Source of the DNA: Malassezia furfur
Lineage: Eukaryota
Length of the DNA: 20,000 nt
Reading direction: 5' to 3' (one strand)
Assembly (NCBI GenBank): GCA_052055015.1
Contig: JBQJIT010000013.1
Made by a program: the position numbers and the translations under genes. Below, piece by piece: positions 1-9,005 of the stretch (positions are counted from its first letter, which is position 1; every line of letters starts with the position of its first letter). The notes beneath the pieces were generated by a model. It did not search any database. It had not been told where the DNA came from and saw only the letters and a list, made by a program, of their open reading frames with translations.

Positions 1-99
1 GCCGGTGCCTGAGTCGCGCGGTGGTGTCGCGTGGCCTTTAGCGGTCTGGCCGCCGATGCAGGCGTGGTTGGGCCGCGTGTTGGGCGGTCTACAGGTTCT

Positions 100-1039
100 C
101 TATGCATACAGGGCGAGGACGCGGTCCTCGATGCGGTCGCCGACCCATGCGACGCTGTCGTTTTTCTGCGACGCGCCCATCAGCTCCAAGCTGTCCTTTT
201 CCGCGGCGTGGAGCTTGACGTGGTCGACCTGGCCAGGGACCTGCTCCTGCATCATCAGGGCAGCGCCGCCAGCGCCCATAGCCATGTCGCGCGACGAGTC
301 GGCGGCTGGGTCAGTGGGTGTTCTACACACCATTGTTGTTGCCCAACAGCAGACGGTAGATGGCGTCCAAGCCGTAGAGGTTCAAAAAGTACCAGCTCAG
401 CGACGACACCCACTGCACATCGAGGTCGCGCGCCGCGACGTCGCGCTGCAGCATGACCTTAAACCCCTGCGTGAGTGGGAAGGGGAGTTTGACTGCGTCA
501 GCGTTGCACACCTACTCAGCACAAAGCCCGAGAAGAAGAAGTTGATCCAGCCCATGATGGCCGTCTGAGGCACCATCATCACGAGACTCTTTTTCGCCTG
601 CTCGAGCATCATATCCATGGTGTTGGGGTCCGAGAGCGGGTTCTTCACCTCGGGCATCTCGTCCGGCTTGCGCTTGCGCTCGCGTTCAATCGCCGCCTTA
701 GAGTCCGGCGCGAGGTACGAGCCGTCGCTGAGCGCGCGCGTGAGGAATGTTCGGCGCAGGGCCACGGCAGACGGCGGAATCATGAGGTAGTTAGCGCGCA
801 ATGCGCTCGCGCGCGAGAGAATGTTCCGCTGGCGCAGCGCGGCGAGCTTGGCCGGCTTCGGCGGGCTCTCGAGGAACTGCATCAGGTTGTTACGGAGCAC
901 GCCGACGAGCACCATGACGAGCGTGATGGGAATCAATACCCAGTTGCGCAGAGCGCTGCATGAGTAAGGTGCGCGTACCTGTCGAGCAAGAGCGGCTGAC
1001 TGTGCACGGTCAGTGGGCGCGGCCAACGTACCTCCCCAT
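100..1039 (-). CDS. EMC3: ER membrane protein complex subunit 3, 5 exons, ~278 aa
   Basis: Exons 1039-1032, 999-979, 955-516, 492-331, 305-100 (837 nt, in frame). GT..CAG introns at 1031-1000 (32 nt), 978-956 (23), 515-493 (23), 330-306 (25). Splicing restores family motifs [35 protein letters not shown] and [18 protein letters not shown]. Confidence 0.95.
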
Positions 1040-1084
1040 GGTGGTGTGGGAAAGCCACGTGGCCTCTTCACGACCGCGACGCGT
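1040..1084. promoter_or_regulatory. 45-bp divergent EMC3/SMC3 interval containing palindrome GCCACGTGGC (CACGTG at 1056-1061)
   Basis: Head-to-head ATGs at 1039(-) and 1085(+). Regulatory function is inferred from position. Confidence 0.55.
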
Positions 1085-4000
1085 ATGTACATTAAGGCGT
1101 TGACGATCCACGGGTTCAAGTCGTTCCGCGACGCGACCGTGGTCGATTCTTTGAGCCCCCACGCGAACGTGGTGGTCGGCCGGAACGGGAGTGGTAAGAG
1201 CAACTTTTTCGCGGCGATCCGGTTCGTGCTGAGCGATGCATACACGTCGCTCTCACGCGAAGAGCGCCAGGCGCTGTTGTATGACGCGAGCGGCGCGACG
1301 AGCGCGACGCTGAGCGCGTTTGTCGAGGTCGTATTTGACAATGCGGATGGGCGGTTCCCGCTAAACGGCGACGAGGTCGTCGTGCGGCGTACCGTGAGTC
1401 TCGCCAAGGACGAGTACATGATCGACCGGAAGAATGCGAGCAAGACCGAGGTGGTTAACCTGCTTGAGAGCGCCGGGTTCAGCCGGAGCAACCCATACTA
1501 CATCGTTCCGCAGGGGCGCATCACGCACCTCACCAATGCAACCGACGCCGAGCGCCTCGCGCTACTCAAAGAGGTTGCAGGCACGCGTGTCTACGAGCAG
1601 CGACGCATCGACAGTGTCGACATTCTGCGCGCGACCGACGCGCGCTACAACGGCACGGCCGAGCTTTTGAGTGAAATCGAGGCGCGGATCGAAGAGCTGA
1701 GCAAGGAACAGGGCGAGCTGCACAAGTTCCATAAGCGCGACCGTGAGCGGCGGTGCCTTGAGTATACCATCTACCAGCGCGAGCTCGCAGACCTGGCCGA
1801 GGTACTCGAGTCGCTCGAGAGTGACCGGCGCCTCGAGCTCGACCAGTCGAACACGCGGCGCGTCGAGCATGCGCGCGAGGACGCGGCGACTGCGCAACAG
1901 GAGGACCAGCTGCAGGAGCTGCGCGCGCAGCTCGAGCAGCTTGCGCTTGATCAGGCGCAGCTCGAGCAGGAGCGGCGCGCACTCAGCCGGGCCCAGGCGC
2001 AGCTCGACAGCACGCTCGAGGACCAGAGCGAGCGGGGTGGTGAGGACCGCCGCGCCGCGCTCGAGACGCAGCTTGCATCGATTGCTGCCGAGATTCGCAC
2101 CAAAGAGACACAGCTCGCGGAGCAGAACGAGGCGCAGACGCGCGTTCTGCGCGACGTCGAGCAGGTGCAGAGCCGGCTCGAGCAGGCCCGCGCGCGCATC
2201 GCCGTGCTGTACGCCAAGCAGGGCCGCAGTGCGCAGTTTGCGACGCAGGCGGAGCGTGATGCAGCGCTCGAGGCGCAGCTACGCGAGCTCGATGCGGACG
2301 ATGCGGCGCGCGACGCCGAGGCTGCGCAACTTGCCGCGAAGCGCGACACGGAGGACGCCCAGCTTGCTGCGCTGCAGGCACAGCGCAGCGCGCTCGAGAC
2401 GTCGCTTGCGACGCGCGGCGACTCCCTCACCGAGCTGAGCGACACCTACCACGCGCGCAAGACGGAGCGCGACGCACTCCTTGAGGAGAAGAAGGAGCTC
2501 TGGAAGACGGAAACCAAGGCCACGGCGGCACTCGCGCACGCGCAGGATCAGCTGAGCGCCGCCCAGCGCGCACTCGCCGCGACGGTCGACCGGACCACTG
2601 CGCGTGGCCTGCAGACCGTCGAGGCGCTGGTCGCGCGCGAGCAGCTGACGGGCGTGTATGGTCCCCTCTACACGCTTTTCCGCGTCGACGACCGGTACAA
2701 GGCGGCGGTGGAGGCGACGGCGGGCGGCAGCTTGTTCAACATTGTGGTCGACACGGATGCCACGGCGAGTACACTGCTCGAGCACATGCAGCGCGAGCCG
2801 CAGTCGGGACGTGTGACGTTTATGCCGCTCAATCGGCTGCACACCAATGACGTGGCGTATCCGCAGGCATCGGACGCGGTGGTGATGCTGCGCAAGCTCT
2901 CGTTCGTCCCCGAGGTGCTGCCGGCCATGAAGCAGGTGTTTGGCAAGACGATCATCTGCCCCCGTCTCGAGATCGCCGCGGCGTACGTGCGCGGCTCCAA
3001 GGGTGCGCTGAATGCCATCACGCTCGACGGCGACCAGGTGAGCCGCCGCGGGACACTCGCGGGCGGCTACCACGACCCGCGGCGCTCGCGTCTCGACGCG
3101 GTGCGCGCCGTGCAGCGCTGGCAAGCCGAGGTGCAGGCGCACACGGCCGAGCTTGCCGAGACGCGCACGCGCCTCGCGACGGTCGAGCAGCAGACGACCG
3201 CCCTGTATAGCGAGATGTACGCCGCGGAGCAAAAGCGGGCGCAGCTCCAGGAGCAGCGCACGCCGGAGCTCGACGAGCTGGTGTACGTGCGGCGCGCCGA
3301 GGCCGATGCACAGGCGCGCGTCGCACGCCTCGAGCGCGTCGCAGCCGACGCGGCGATCGCCGCCGAGGCGCAGGCGACGCGCCGCGCAGCGCTCCAGGCC
3401 GAGCTCGGGACGCCGCTCACCGACTCTCTCAGCGCGCAGGAGCACGCGGAGCTTGCCGAGCACATTGCGGAGGAAACTGCCGCGCAGGCCGCACTTGGCG
3501 AGCACACGCGTGCGGCGGTGCAGCTCGCCGAGGCGACGTCGGCGCTCGCGACCGAGCTCGACGAGGGTCTGCGCCGCACGCACGGCGCGCTCGCCGCGCG
3601 TCTCGAGGCGCTCGAGGCGGGCACCCGCGGCGTGGACGGCGCAAGCGCCGAGGACCTCGCGACGCACCTCGCGCGCAACACCGAGCGGATCGACGAGACG
3701 CAGCGTCGCTATGATGCAGTTGCCACCGAGGTGCACGCACTCGAGGCGCAGCTCGAAACAGCGCGCAGCAAGCAGGCCGAGCAGAGCGCCGACGTCGCCC
3801 GGCAGCAGCAGATCGCCGAGCGCTTTGCGGCCAAGCGCCAGCGCCTCCTCGAGCAGCGCGAGCGCGTGCACCAGCAGATCCGCGACCTGGGCGTCCTGCC
3901 CGAGGACGCGTTCCGCAAGTACGCCACGCTCTCCTCCGACCGCCTCGTCCAGCAGCTGCAGAGTGCCCGTGCGGCGCTGTCACAAATGGCGCACGTGAAC

Positions 4001-4621
4001 AAACGCGCCGTCGAACAGTACAACAGCTTCACCAAGCAGCGCGATACCCTTCTCCGGCGGCACGAGGAGCTCGAGACGAGCAACGCGTCCATCCACGAAC
4101 TGATCACCGTGCTCGACGCGCGCAAAGACGCGGCGCTCCGCGACACCTTTGCGCACGTCGCGCAACACTTCTCCGAGGTCTTTGCGCAGCTCGTTGCGGG
4201 CGGCACAGCGCGCCTCGAACTTGAGCGAGACGTATCGAGCGACGCGCCGGTCGGTGTTGCGATCCACGTCGCGTTTGGCGCGGGGCAGCGCGAGCAGCTG
4301 CTGCACCAGCTGTCGGGTGGGCAAAAATCACTCGTGGCCCTCACGCTGGTGTTTGCGATCCAAAAGAGCGATCCTGCCCCGTTCTATTTGTTTGACGAAA
4401 TTGACGCCAACCTGGACACGCAGTACCGCACGGCGGTTGCGCGCATGGTCCAGGAACTTGCGGAGGACGCACAGTTTATCATGACGACCTTCCGCCCGGA
4501 GCTGGTGGAGCGCGCACAGAAAGACTACGGCGTGCTATTTGGACCCCAGAAAGTGAGCACCATTGTGCCGATCGCACGCTCGGACGCGCTCGAGTTTGTC
4601 GAAGCCGCCGACACCAGGTAG
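1085..4621 (+). CDS. SMC3: Cohesin ATPase subunit SMC3, intronless, 1178 aa
   Basis: N-terminus MYIKALTIHGFKSF, Walker A VVGRNGSGKSN, SMC3-typical LESAGFSRSNPYYIVPQG, hinge GRVTFMPLNRL, signature LSGGQKS, Walker B PFYLFDEIDANLD, TTFRPE. The first true ATG is at 1085, not the ORF-track start at 1013. Confidence 0.97.
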   Translation: MYIKALTIHGFKSFRDATVVDSLSPHANVVVGRNGSGKSNFFAAIRFVLSDAYTSLSREERQALLYDASGATSATLSAFVEVVFDNADGRFPLNGDEVVVRRTVSLAKDEYMIDRKNASKTEVVNLLESAGFSRSNPYYIVPQGRITHLTNATDAERLALLKEVAGTRVYEQRRIDSVDILRATDARYNGTAELLSEIEARIEELSKEQGELHKFHKRDRERRCLEYTIYQRELADLAEVLESLESDRRLELDQSNTRRVEHAREDAATAQQEDQLQELRAQLEQLALDQAQLEQERRALSRAQAQLDSTLEDQSERGGEDRRAALETQLASIAAEIRTKETQLAEQNEAQTRVLRDVEQVQSRLEQARARIAVLYAKQGRSAQFATQAERDAALEAQLRELDADDAARDAEAAQLAAKRDTEDAQLAALQAQRSALETSLATRGDSLTELSDTYHARKTERDALLEEKKELWKTETKATAALAHAQDQLSAAQRALAATVDRTTARGLQTVEALVAREQLTGVYGPLYTLFRVDDRYKAAVEATAGGSLFNIVVDTDATASTLLEHMQREPQSGRVTFMPLNRLHTNDVAYPQASDAVVMLRKLSFVPEVLPAMKQVFGKTIICPRLEIAAAYVRGSKGALNAITLDGDQVSRRGTLAGGYHDPRRSRLDAVRAVQRWQAEVQAHTAELAETRTRLATVEQQTTALYSEMYAAEQKRAQLQEQRTPELDELVYVRRAEADAQARVARLERVAADAAIAAEAQATRRAALQAELGTPLTDSLSAQEHAELAEHIAEETAAQAALGEHTRAAVQLAEATSALATELDEGLRRTHGALAARLEALEAGTRGVDGASAEDLATHLARNTERIDETQRRYDAVATEVHALEAQLETARSKQAEQSADVARQQQIAERFAAKRQRLLEQRERVHQQIRDLGVLPEDAFRKYATLSSDRLVQQLQSARAALSQMAHVNKRAVEQYNSFTKQRDTLLRRHEELETSNASIHELITVLDARKDAALRDTFAHVAQHFSEVFAQLVAGGTARLELERDVSSDAPVGVAIHVAFGAGQREQLLHQLSGGQKSLVALTLVFAIQKSDPAPFYLFDEIDANLDTQYRTAVARMVQELAEDAQFIMTTFRPELVERAQKDYGVLFGPQKVSTIVPIARSDALEFVEAADTR

Positions 4622-4771
4622 GACATAGCGCGGTTGGCTTAATACGATGCGGTGCTCGACCCGGGACACTCCACGCCGGCGCCAAATTCGCCCATTTCTC
4701 CACTAAGTCGTCGCGGGGGAAGGCCGCATACGTACAACGCGCCAATGGTCGCGATCTAGCCACGGGGACCA

Positions 4772-5521
4772 CTACGAGTCTACGTCCATAGCGCCACTCG
4801 CACCCTTACGGCGCTGCTTCTTCTTGGGCTTCTTTGTTGTCGCGCTGCCCTCCATCTGGAGACGCTGGGCGAGCGGCAGACTCGACAGGCGGTCCTTGAG
4901 CGAGGTCGACTTGGTCGGCTTCGCTTCCGGCTGGCCCTTGCTTGCGAGGATCTTTTCCGTCTCCTTCAGGTAGCGTGCCTCGGCCTCGGCAAGACGGCGG
5001 CGCACGGCAATGGGCAGCGACGCATCGTTGCTGCGCGCCGTCGGCGGCACATCAGCACCCGCCTTGGCCTGCGCAACAGGCGCAGCCTTGACGACCTTGG
5101 CAGGCGGTGGCATGACCACCTTAGGTGCAGGCTCGGAGCCCTGCATGGTCACCTGGAGCACACGTCCATCGGCGAGCACGCCATCAAACTTGCGGCATGC
5201 GGCGAGCGCATCGCTGCGCTGCTCGAATGCGACCTGGAAGGCCACCGCGTTGCTCGCGAGGTTCGGTAGGCGGTACCCACGCACTTCGACGACACGTCCA
5301 ATTGGGTCAAACGTCAGACGCACGTCCTCCAGCGACGTGCCCTTAACGAGATTCGCGACGACGACCCACGTCGGCCCCGATGCGCCCTTGATGCTCACGC
5401 TGCGCTGTACATCAGCATGCTGTCCCGCACGTACCTCGCGTTCGTACGGGGCACTGCGCTGTGCACCCGACGCACGGCGGCGCGGCGCACGCGCGCGGCT
5501 CTCGCGCATTTCCACGTCCAT
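4772..5521 (-). CDS. Single-RRM RNA-binding protein (loosely Yra1/ALYREF-like RRM) with basic C-terminal tail
   Basis: RRM elements VVVANLVKGTSLEDVRLTF and VAFEQRSDALAACRKFDGVLADGRVLQV. Probable 30-nt in-frame intron 5434-5405 (GTACGT..GCTGAT..CAG). NLS-like KKPKKKQRRK. Confidence 0.75.
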   Translation of the reverse strand: MDVEMRESRARAPRRRASGAQRSAPYEREVRAGQHADVQRSVSIKGASGPTWVVVANLVKGTSLEDVRLTFDPIGRVVEVRGYRLPNLASNAVAFQVAFEQRSDALAACRKFDGVLADGRVLQVTMQGSEPAPKVVMPPPAKVVKAAPVAQAKAGADVPPTARSNDASLPIAVRRRLAEAEARYLKETEKILASKGQPEAKPTKSTSLKDRLSSLPLAQRLQMEGSATTKKPKKKQRRKGASGAMDVDS

Positions 5522-5585
5522 CGCGTCGGTGGAGGAAGGGGGCGACACAGTGGGGGCGGGAGAAATGCCAATATTTTTGGCGCGT

Positions 5586-7820
5586 CTACGGCCGAAACGT
5601 TACTTGGAAGAGGCTCGGCGGGCGCTCCTCGGCGGGCTTGGCGGCATCCGCGGGGGGAAGCACGACCGACGCGTGCTCCGCAACATCGGCGTCGGTACTG
5701 AGCGAATGTACAACGTCTTGCAGCGCCGTCGCTGCGCGCGCGGCTGCCGCCGGTACGGGCGCGGCTGCCTCGGCCGCCGGCATGCGACGGGCATAGAGCA
5801 CGAGGTGGACGGGCGCCCCCTCGTCCTCCAACGAGCCCACGAGCAGGAAGCGCGACTGCAGGTCCGCGCCGTGTAGCTGCGCCGCGAGCCGGTCCACCGC
5901 CTCGGTCGGCAGCTCGGTGTCCTTACGCGCCAAGAGTGGCGCGGCGAATTCGGCCGCCCACGCGTCGAGATGGTATGCATGCAGGTTACGCAACAGATCG
6001 GCATCGAGGTAGGCCACGCGCTGTGCATCGCCTTGCGTGCCTGTGCACAGCGCAAGCACGCGCCGCATGCGCCTCGTCGAGGTGCTGGACGATGATAGGG
6101 AGCTGAGTGTCGGCGAGGCGGAGGAGAGCGACGGCACCGACGTATCGCTGCTCCCGTCTGCATGCGCGTGATCGGGCGTGTCGCTCCCCGCACGCTCCGC
6201 CTCTGGCTCGGTGGTGAGGGTGCACAGCACCGCCTCGTTTTCCCGGCGGCTCACTCGCAGCTGGACGAGGCCCTTGTGGTGCTCCTCAGCGCCGGCCAGC
6301 AGCTCGTGGAGCGGCGTCTGCCCTGCACCGTGCAGCTCTTGCAGCAGGTCTGTGGGGACGACATTCGATGCGCGCCGCACGAGCACCATGCCGAGTAGGA
6401 CAAAGAGCGCCATCGCGTTGGGGCACGCGTCGGCGGCGGCGTGTGCAGCGGCCGGTGTGGCAGCCGGTTCAGCCGGCTGTGGTGCGGCACTCGGCATGGC
6501 GCTCGGTGTTGCACCATCGCCTGCCCGCTGCTGCAGGTGTGCACGAAGCGCCGCACACTCGCTCCGTGCCTGCTCGGCGTCTTTTCGCGCCTGCGCCGCC
6601 TCGGCGCGGGCGCTCGCGAGCTGCGTATGCAGATCGTCGGGCGGGGATGCCGCCGATGCACCCTGGTTTGCCGCGGTCGGTTTCGGAGCAAAGGCGTCGT
6701 GGTGGTCGTAGTGGCTGTCGAGCAGAATCGCGCCTTGTTGGGAGACGAGTTGCTGGAAGACGGCACGCACGTCGTCGCTCTCGTGGCGAAGCTGCGCACC
6801 GAGCGGCGTCGCACTCAGCACGCGTTCTGCACCGCTCGGCACGCCCGCTGGATTCGTGTTGTTGGGCGCATAGCGCGCCGTGTCGAGGAGCGACTCGTAT
6901 AGCAGCCAGGCGAGCCGCGCAAGGTGGCGGCACTTGCCACTCAACTCCTCGAACTGCTCGCGCTTGCGCTGGCGCGAGAGGAACGCCGCCGCACGGTTCT
7001 TCACGAGGCGCGCCTCGCGCTTGGTCAGTCCGGACGTGTCGGGGGGAATAAACAGCGAGGAGTGCTTCGCCGAGGTATCAATCACAGGGAACGGCTGGCC
7101 AGCCTCGGTCACCTGCGAGGCGCTCGGAGGTGGTCGGCGCGCGCCGCTCTGCGGCTTGCGCGCCGTGTGCGGCAGGTCGGCAGCGTCGGGTGAAGCGCGC
7201 TTACCGATTTCGGGCATCGTCACCGCGCGTGGCCGCGTGTCGACGCCAGGGTGCACGCCGGGATGCCCGAGTTTGCGCCGCTTGTCATCGGGCGATGCTC
7301 TGTACAGTGATTTGCCCGCGTTCTCGTCCTTGAGAAGAAGCGCCAGCGGTGGTGCATCCGGGTCCGACTTGGCCGGTAGCCCCGCAAACGCCGTACGATC
7401 CACGGACTCGTGCAGCGGTCGCTCGGGCGCCGCCGCCGGTGCCCAGATTGGCGAGTTTTGGAACGTGTACGGCTCCGAGGCGCCCGTGGACGCCGTCGAA
7501 GATACCGACGACGTCGAGTTGGTCGGTGCGCCAGTAGTTGCCGTCGTGTGTGCACTAGGCGAGCCCGCCCAGTCGAGCGTCAGGGATGCAAGATCCTGCG
7601 CCGGCGCAGGCGGCTTAACGAGTGACATCGCACTGTTCAGCGCAAACGGCTGGATGAACCCAAACTGATTCGCCCCCACGTCGGGCGCGCCGGTGACCCC
7701 AGCGCACAGATCCGCGTGGATGAACGAGTCAAACTCATTAACGCCCGTGTCGGCGGACGGCGCACCCGTCGCCGTCGACGGCATCGGGCCGTAGGCGGCC
7801 CGCGCTACCGTGGGGTCCAT
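5586..7820 (-). CDS. bZIP transcription factor (CREB/ATF-like basic region), ~744 aa
   Basis: Basic region TKREARLVKNRAAAFLSRQRKRE (~7026-6955) with the invariant N-x7-R. First ATG at 7820. Low-complexity Ser/Thr/Ala N-terminus. Confidence 0.85.
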   Translation of the reverse strand: MDPTVARAAYGPMPSTATGAPSADTGVNEFDSFIHADLCAGVTGAPDVGANQFGFIQPFALNSAMSLVKPPAPAQDLASLTLDWAGSPSAHTTATTGAPTNSTSSVSSTASTGASEPYTFQNSPIWAPAAAPERPLHESVDRTAFAGLPAKSDPDAPPLALLLKDENAGKSLYRASPDDKRRKLGHPGVHPGVDTRPRAVTMPEIGKRASPDAADLPHTARKPQSGARRPPPSASQVTEAGQPFPVIDTSAKHSSLFIPPDTSGLTKREARLVKNRAAAFLSRQRKREQFEELSGKCRHLARLAWLLYESLLDTARYAPNNTNPAGVPSGAERVLSATPLGAQLRHESDDVRAVFQQLVSQQGAILLDSHYDHHDAFAPKPTAANQGASAASPPDDLHTQLASARAEAAQARKDAEQARSECAALRAHLQQRAGDGATPSAMPSAAPQPAEPAATPAAAHAAADACPNAMALFVLLGMVLVRRASNVVPTDLLQELHGAGQTPLHELLAGAEEHHKGLVQLRVSRRENEAVLCTLTTEPEAERAGSDTPDHAHADGSSDTSVPSLSSASPTLSSLSSSSTSTRRMRRVLALCTGTQGDAQRVAYLDADLLRNLHAYHLDAWAAEFAAPLLARKDTELPTEAVDRLAAQLHGADLQSRFLLVGSLEDEGAPVHLVLYARRMPAAEAAAPVPAAAARAATALQDVVHSLSTDADVAEHASVVLPPADAAKPAEERPPSLFQVTFRP

Positions 7821-7948
7821 CGTGCGTCTTCGCGTGGGCACCGCGCAGGTGGAAAGAAGCACACGGCGTGGCTCGGCCGCGGCCTCTGCGCCGCCGTTCG
7901 GTGTTGTTTACATAAGCACTGCGGCAGACCTCTATCGTGGTGTGATCG

Positions 7949-8927
7949 CTAGCGGAAGCCATCGGCGCGGCGCGCGTCGATGCCGTACTCGCCGAGCGCG
8001 GCACTCAGGTCGTCCATAGTCAGAACAGTGCGCGTGCGATCCTGCAAGTTAAACATTTCCACATACCCGTCCAGCGCCCGGCCGCGCTCGGCTGGGGCCA
8101 GCGTTGGTCCGAATCCGCGCGTATTGGAACGCGTCCGACGCGATGTCCGCGACGAACTTTTCCGTAGCCAGTGCGAGCAGACGCTTGCTGCATGTAAGCA
8201 GTAGAATACGTACAGGCGCACATCGTTGCTCTGGAACCCGGCGCGTTCTAGGTAGAAGTCGGTGACCTCGTCGGGGATCTGTCACGTTAGGTTCGTGTAT
8301 ACGAACCAGCGGCGAGAACTGTTCCAGCATGCGCAGCATGTCGGCCAGCGATCGGTCCTTGCGTGCCTCCTCGGCTGCGCGCGCGTCCAACGAGCTGGGC
8401 ACCGGCGCAGCCTCGACGTACCGCGCGAGGTCGGCCGGCGTCGCGACGCTCTGGACCGACGTCCGCTCCGCGTCCGTTACCAGTGCAAAAGCATGTGTCT
8501 CAAAAAAGACCGACAGCTCGGCCAGCTCGGTTTCCGGCGTGATGACGCGGTAGGTTTCGGGTTTCGCGGGCGCCTCCTTGGTCCCGGCAAACGGTCGCTG
8601 CAATTCACCGAGGGGCACGTCCAGCCGCTCCTCAGTTTCAGCAATCACGAGATCCACCATTTCCACAAATCCACGCAGCTTCTCTTCGTCCACAACCAGT
8701 ATACATTGGCCGCCGTGGGCGCGCGCCATCGGCAGGGCCGTAGAAACGGGCGTGTCAGACTTCGCGGTTGCGGGCGGCAAAAGATTCAGTTGGCGCACCG
8801 TGGCGCCATGGAATTGTTGCTTGAGCACATCGCTCACTTCGAGTGGCTCGTCCACCGTGGGCGTCTTCTGGGGCGCTGGCACGCGGGTCTCTGGCCCCGG
8901 CGTGTCCTCCTCCATTTTGTCGCCCAT
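7949..8927 (-). CDS. TAF10: TFIID/SAGA subunit TAF10 with an in-frame N-terminal CBS-domain pair, 4 exons, ~299 aa
   Basis: Exons 8927-8307, 8278-8214, 8187-8067, 8041-7949 (900 nt). Introns of 28, 26 and 25 nt. The spliced product gives TAF10 motifs [43 protein letters not shown] and VLTMDDLSAALGEYGI. Confidence 0.9.
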
Positions 8928-9005
8928 CGTCGCGGTGGTTGGCGATCGGCGTGCGATCGGGCGTCTCTCCGCACTGCGCTCCACCCAACGTGCGGCTTGG
9001 GAACC

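Noticed and set aside
2279..3871. 530-aa antisense ORF and many other overlapping ORFs in the track (e.g. 5010..5876, 9922..10773, upstream parts of 8049..9575 and 8262..9809)
   Set aside because: Shadow frames of GC-rich genes: Arg/Ala-rich, no motifs, fully overlapping well-supported CDSs.
4620..4675. A-box-like TAGCGCGGTTGG and B-box-like CTCGACCC after the SMC3 stop
   Set aside because: No cloverleaf stems, imperfect B box and no T-run terminator.
5586..7820. bZIP as a Hac1/Cib1 ortholog with Ire1-type intron
   Set aside because: The basic region is not clearly Hac1-like, the ORF is continuous, and I found no paired Ire1 stem-loops.
8395..8421. GTACGT...CAG 27-nt candidate intron at the CBS-TAF10 linker
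   Set aside because: No branch-site motif. It is 3n and stop-free, so even if spliced the fusion would remain.
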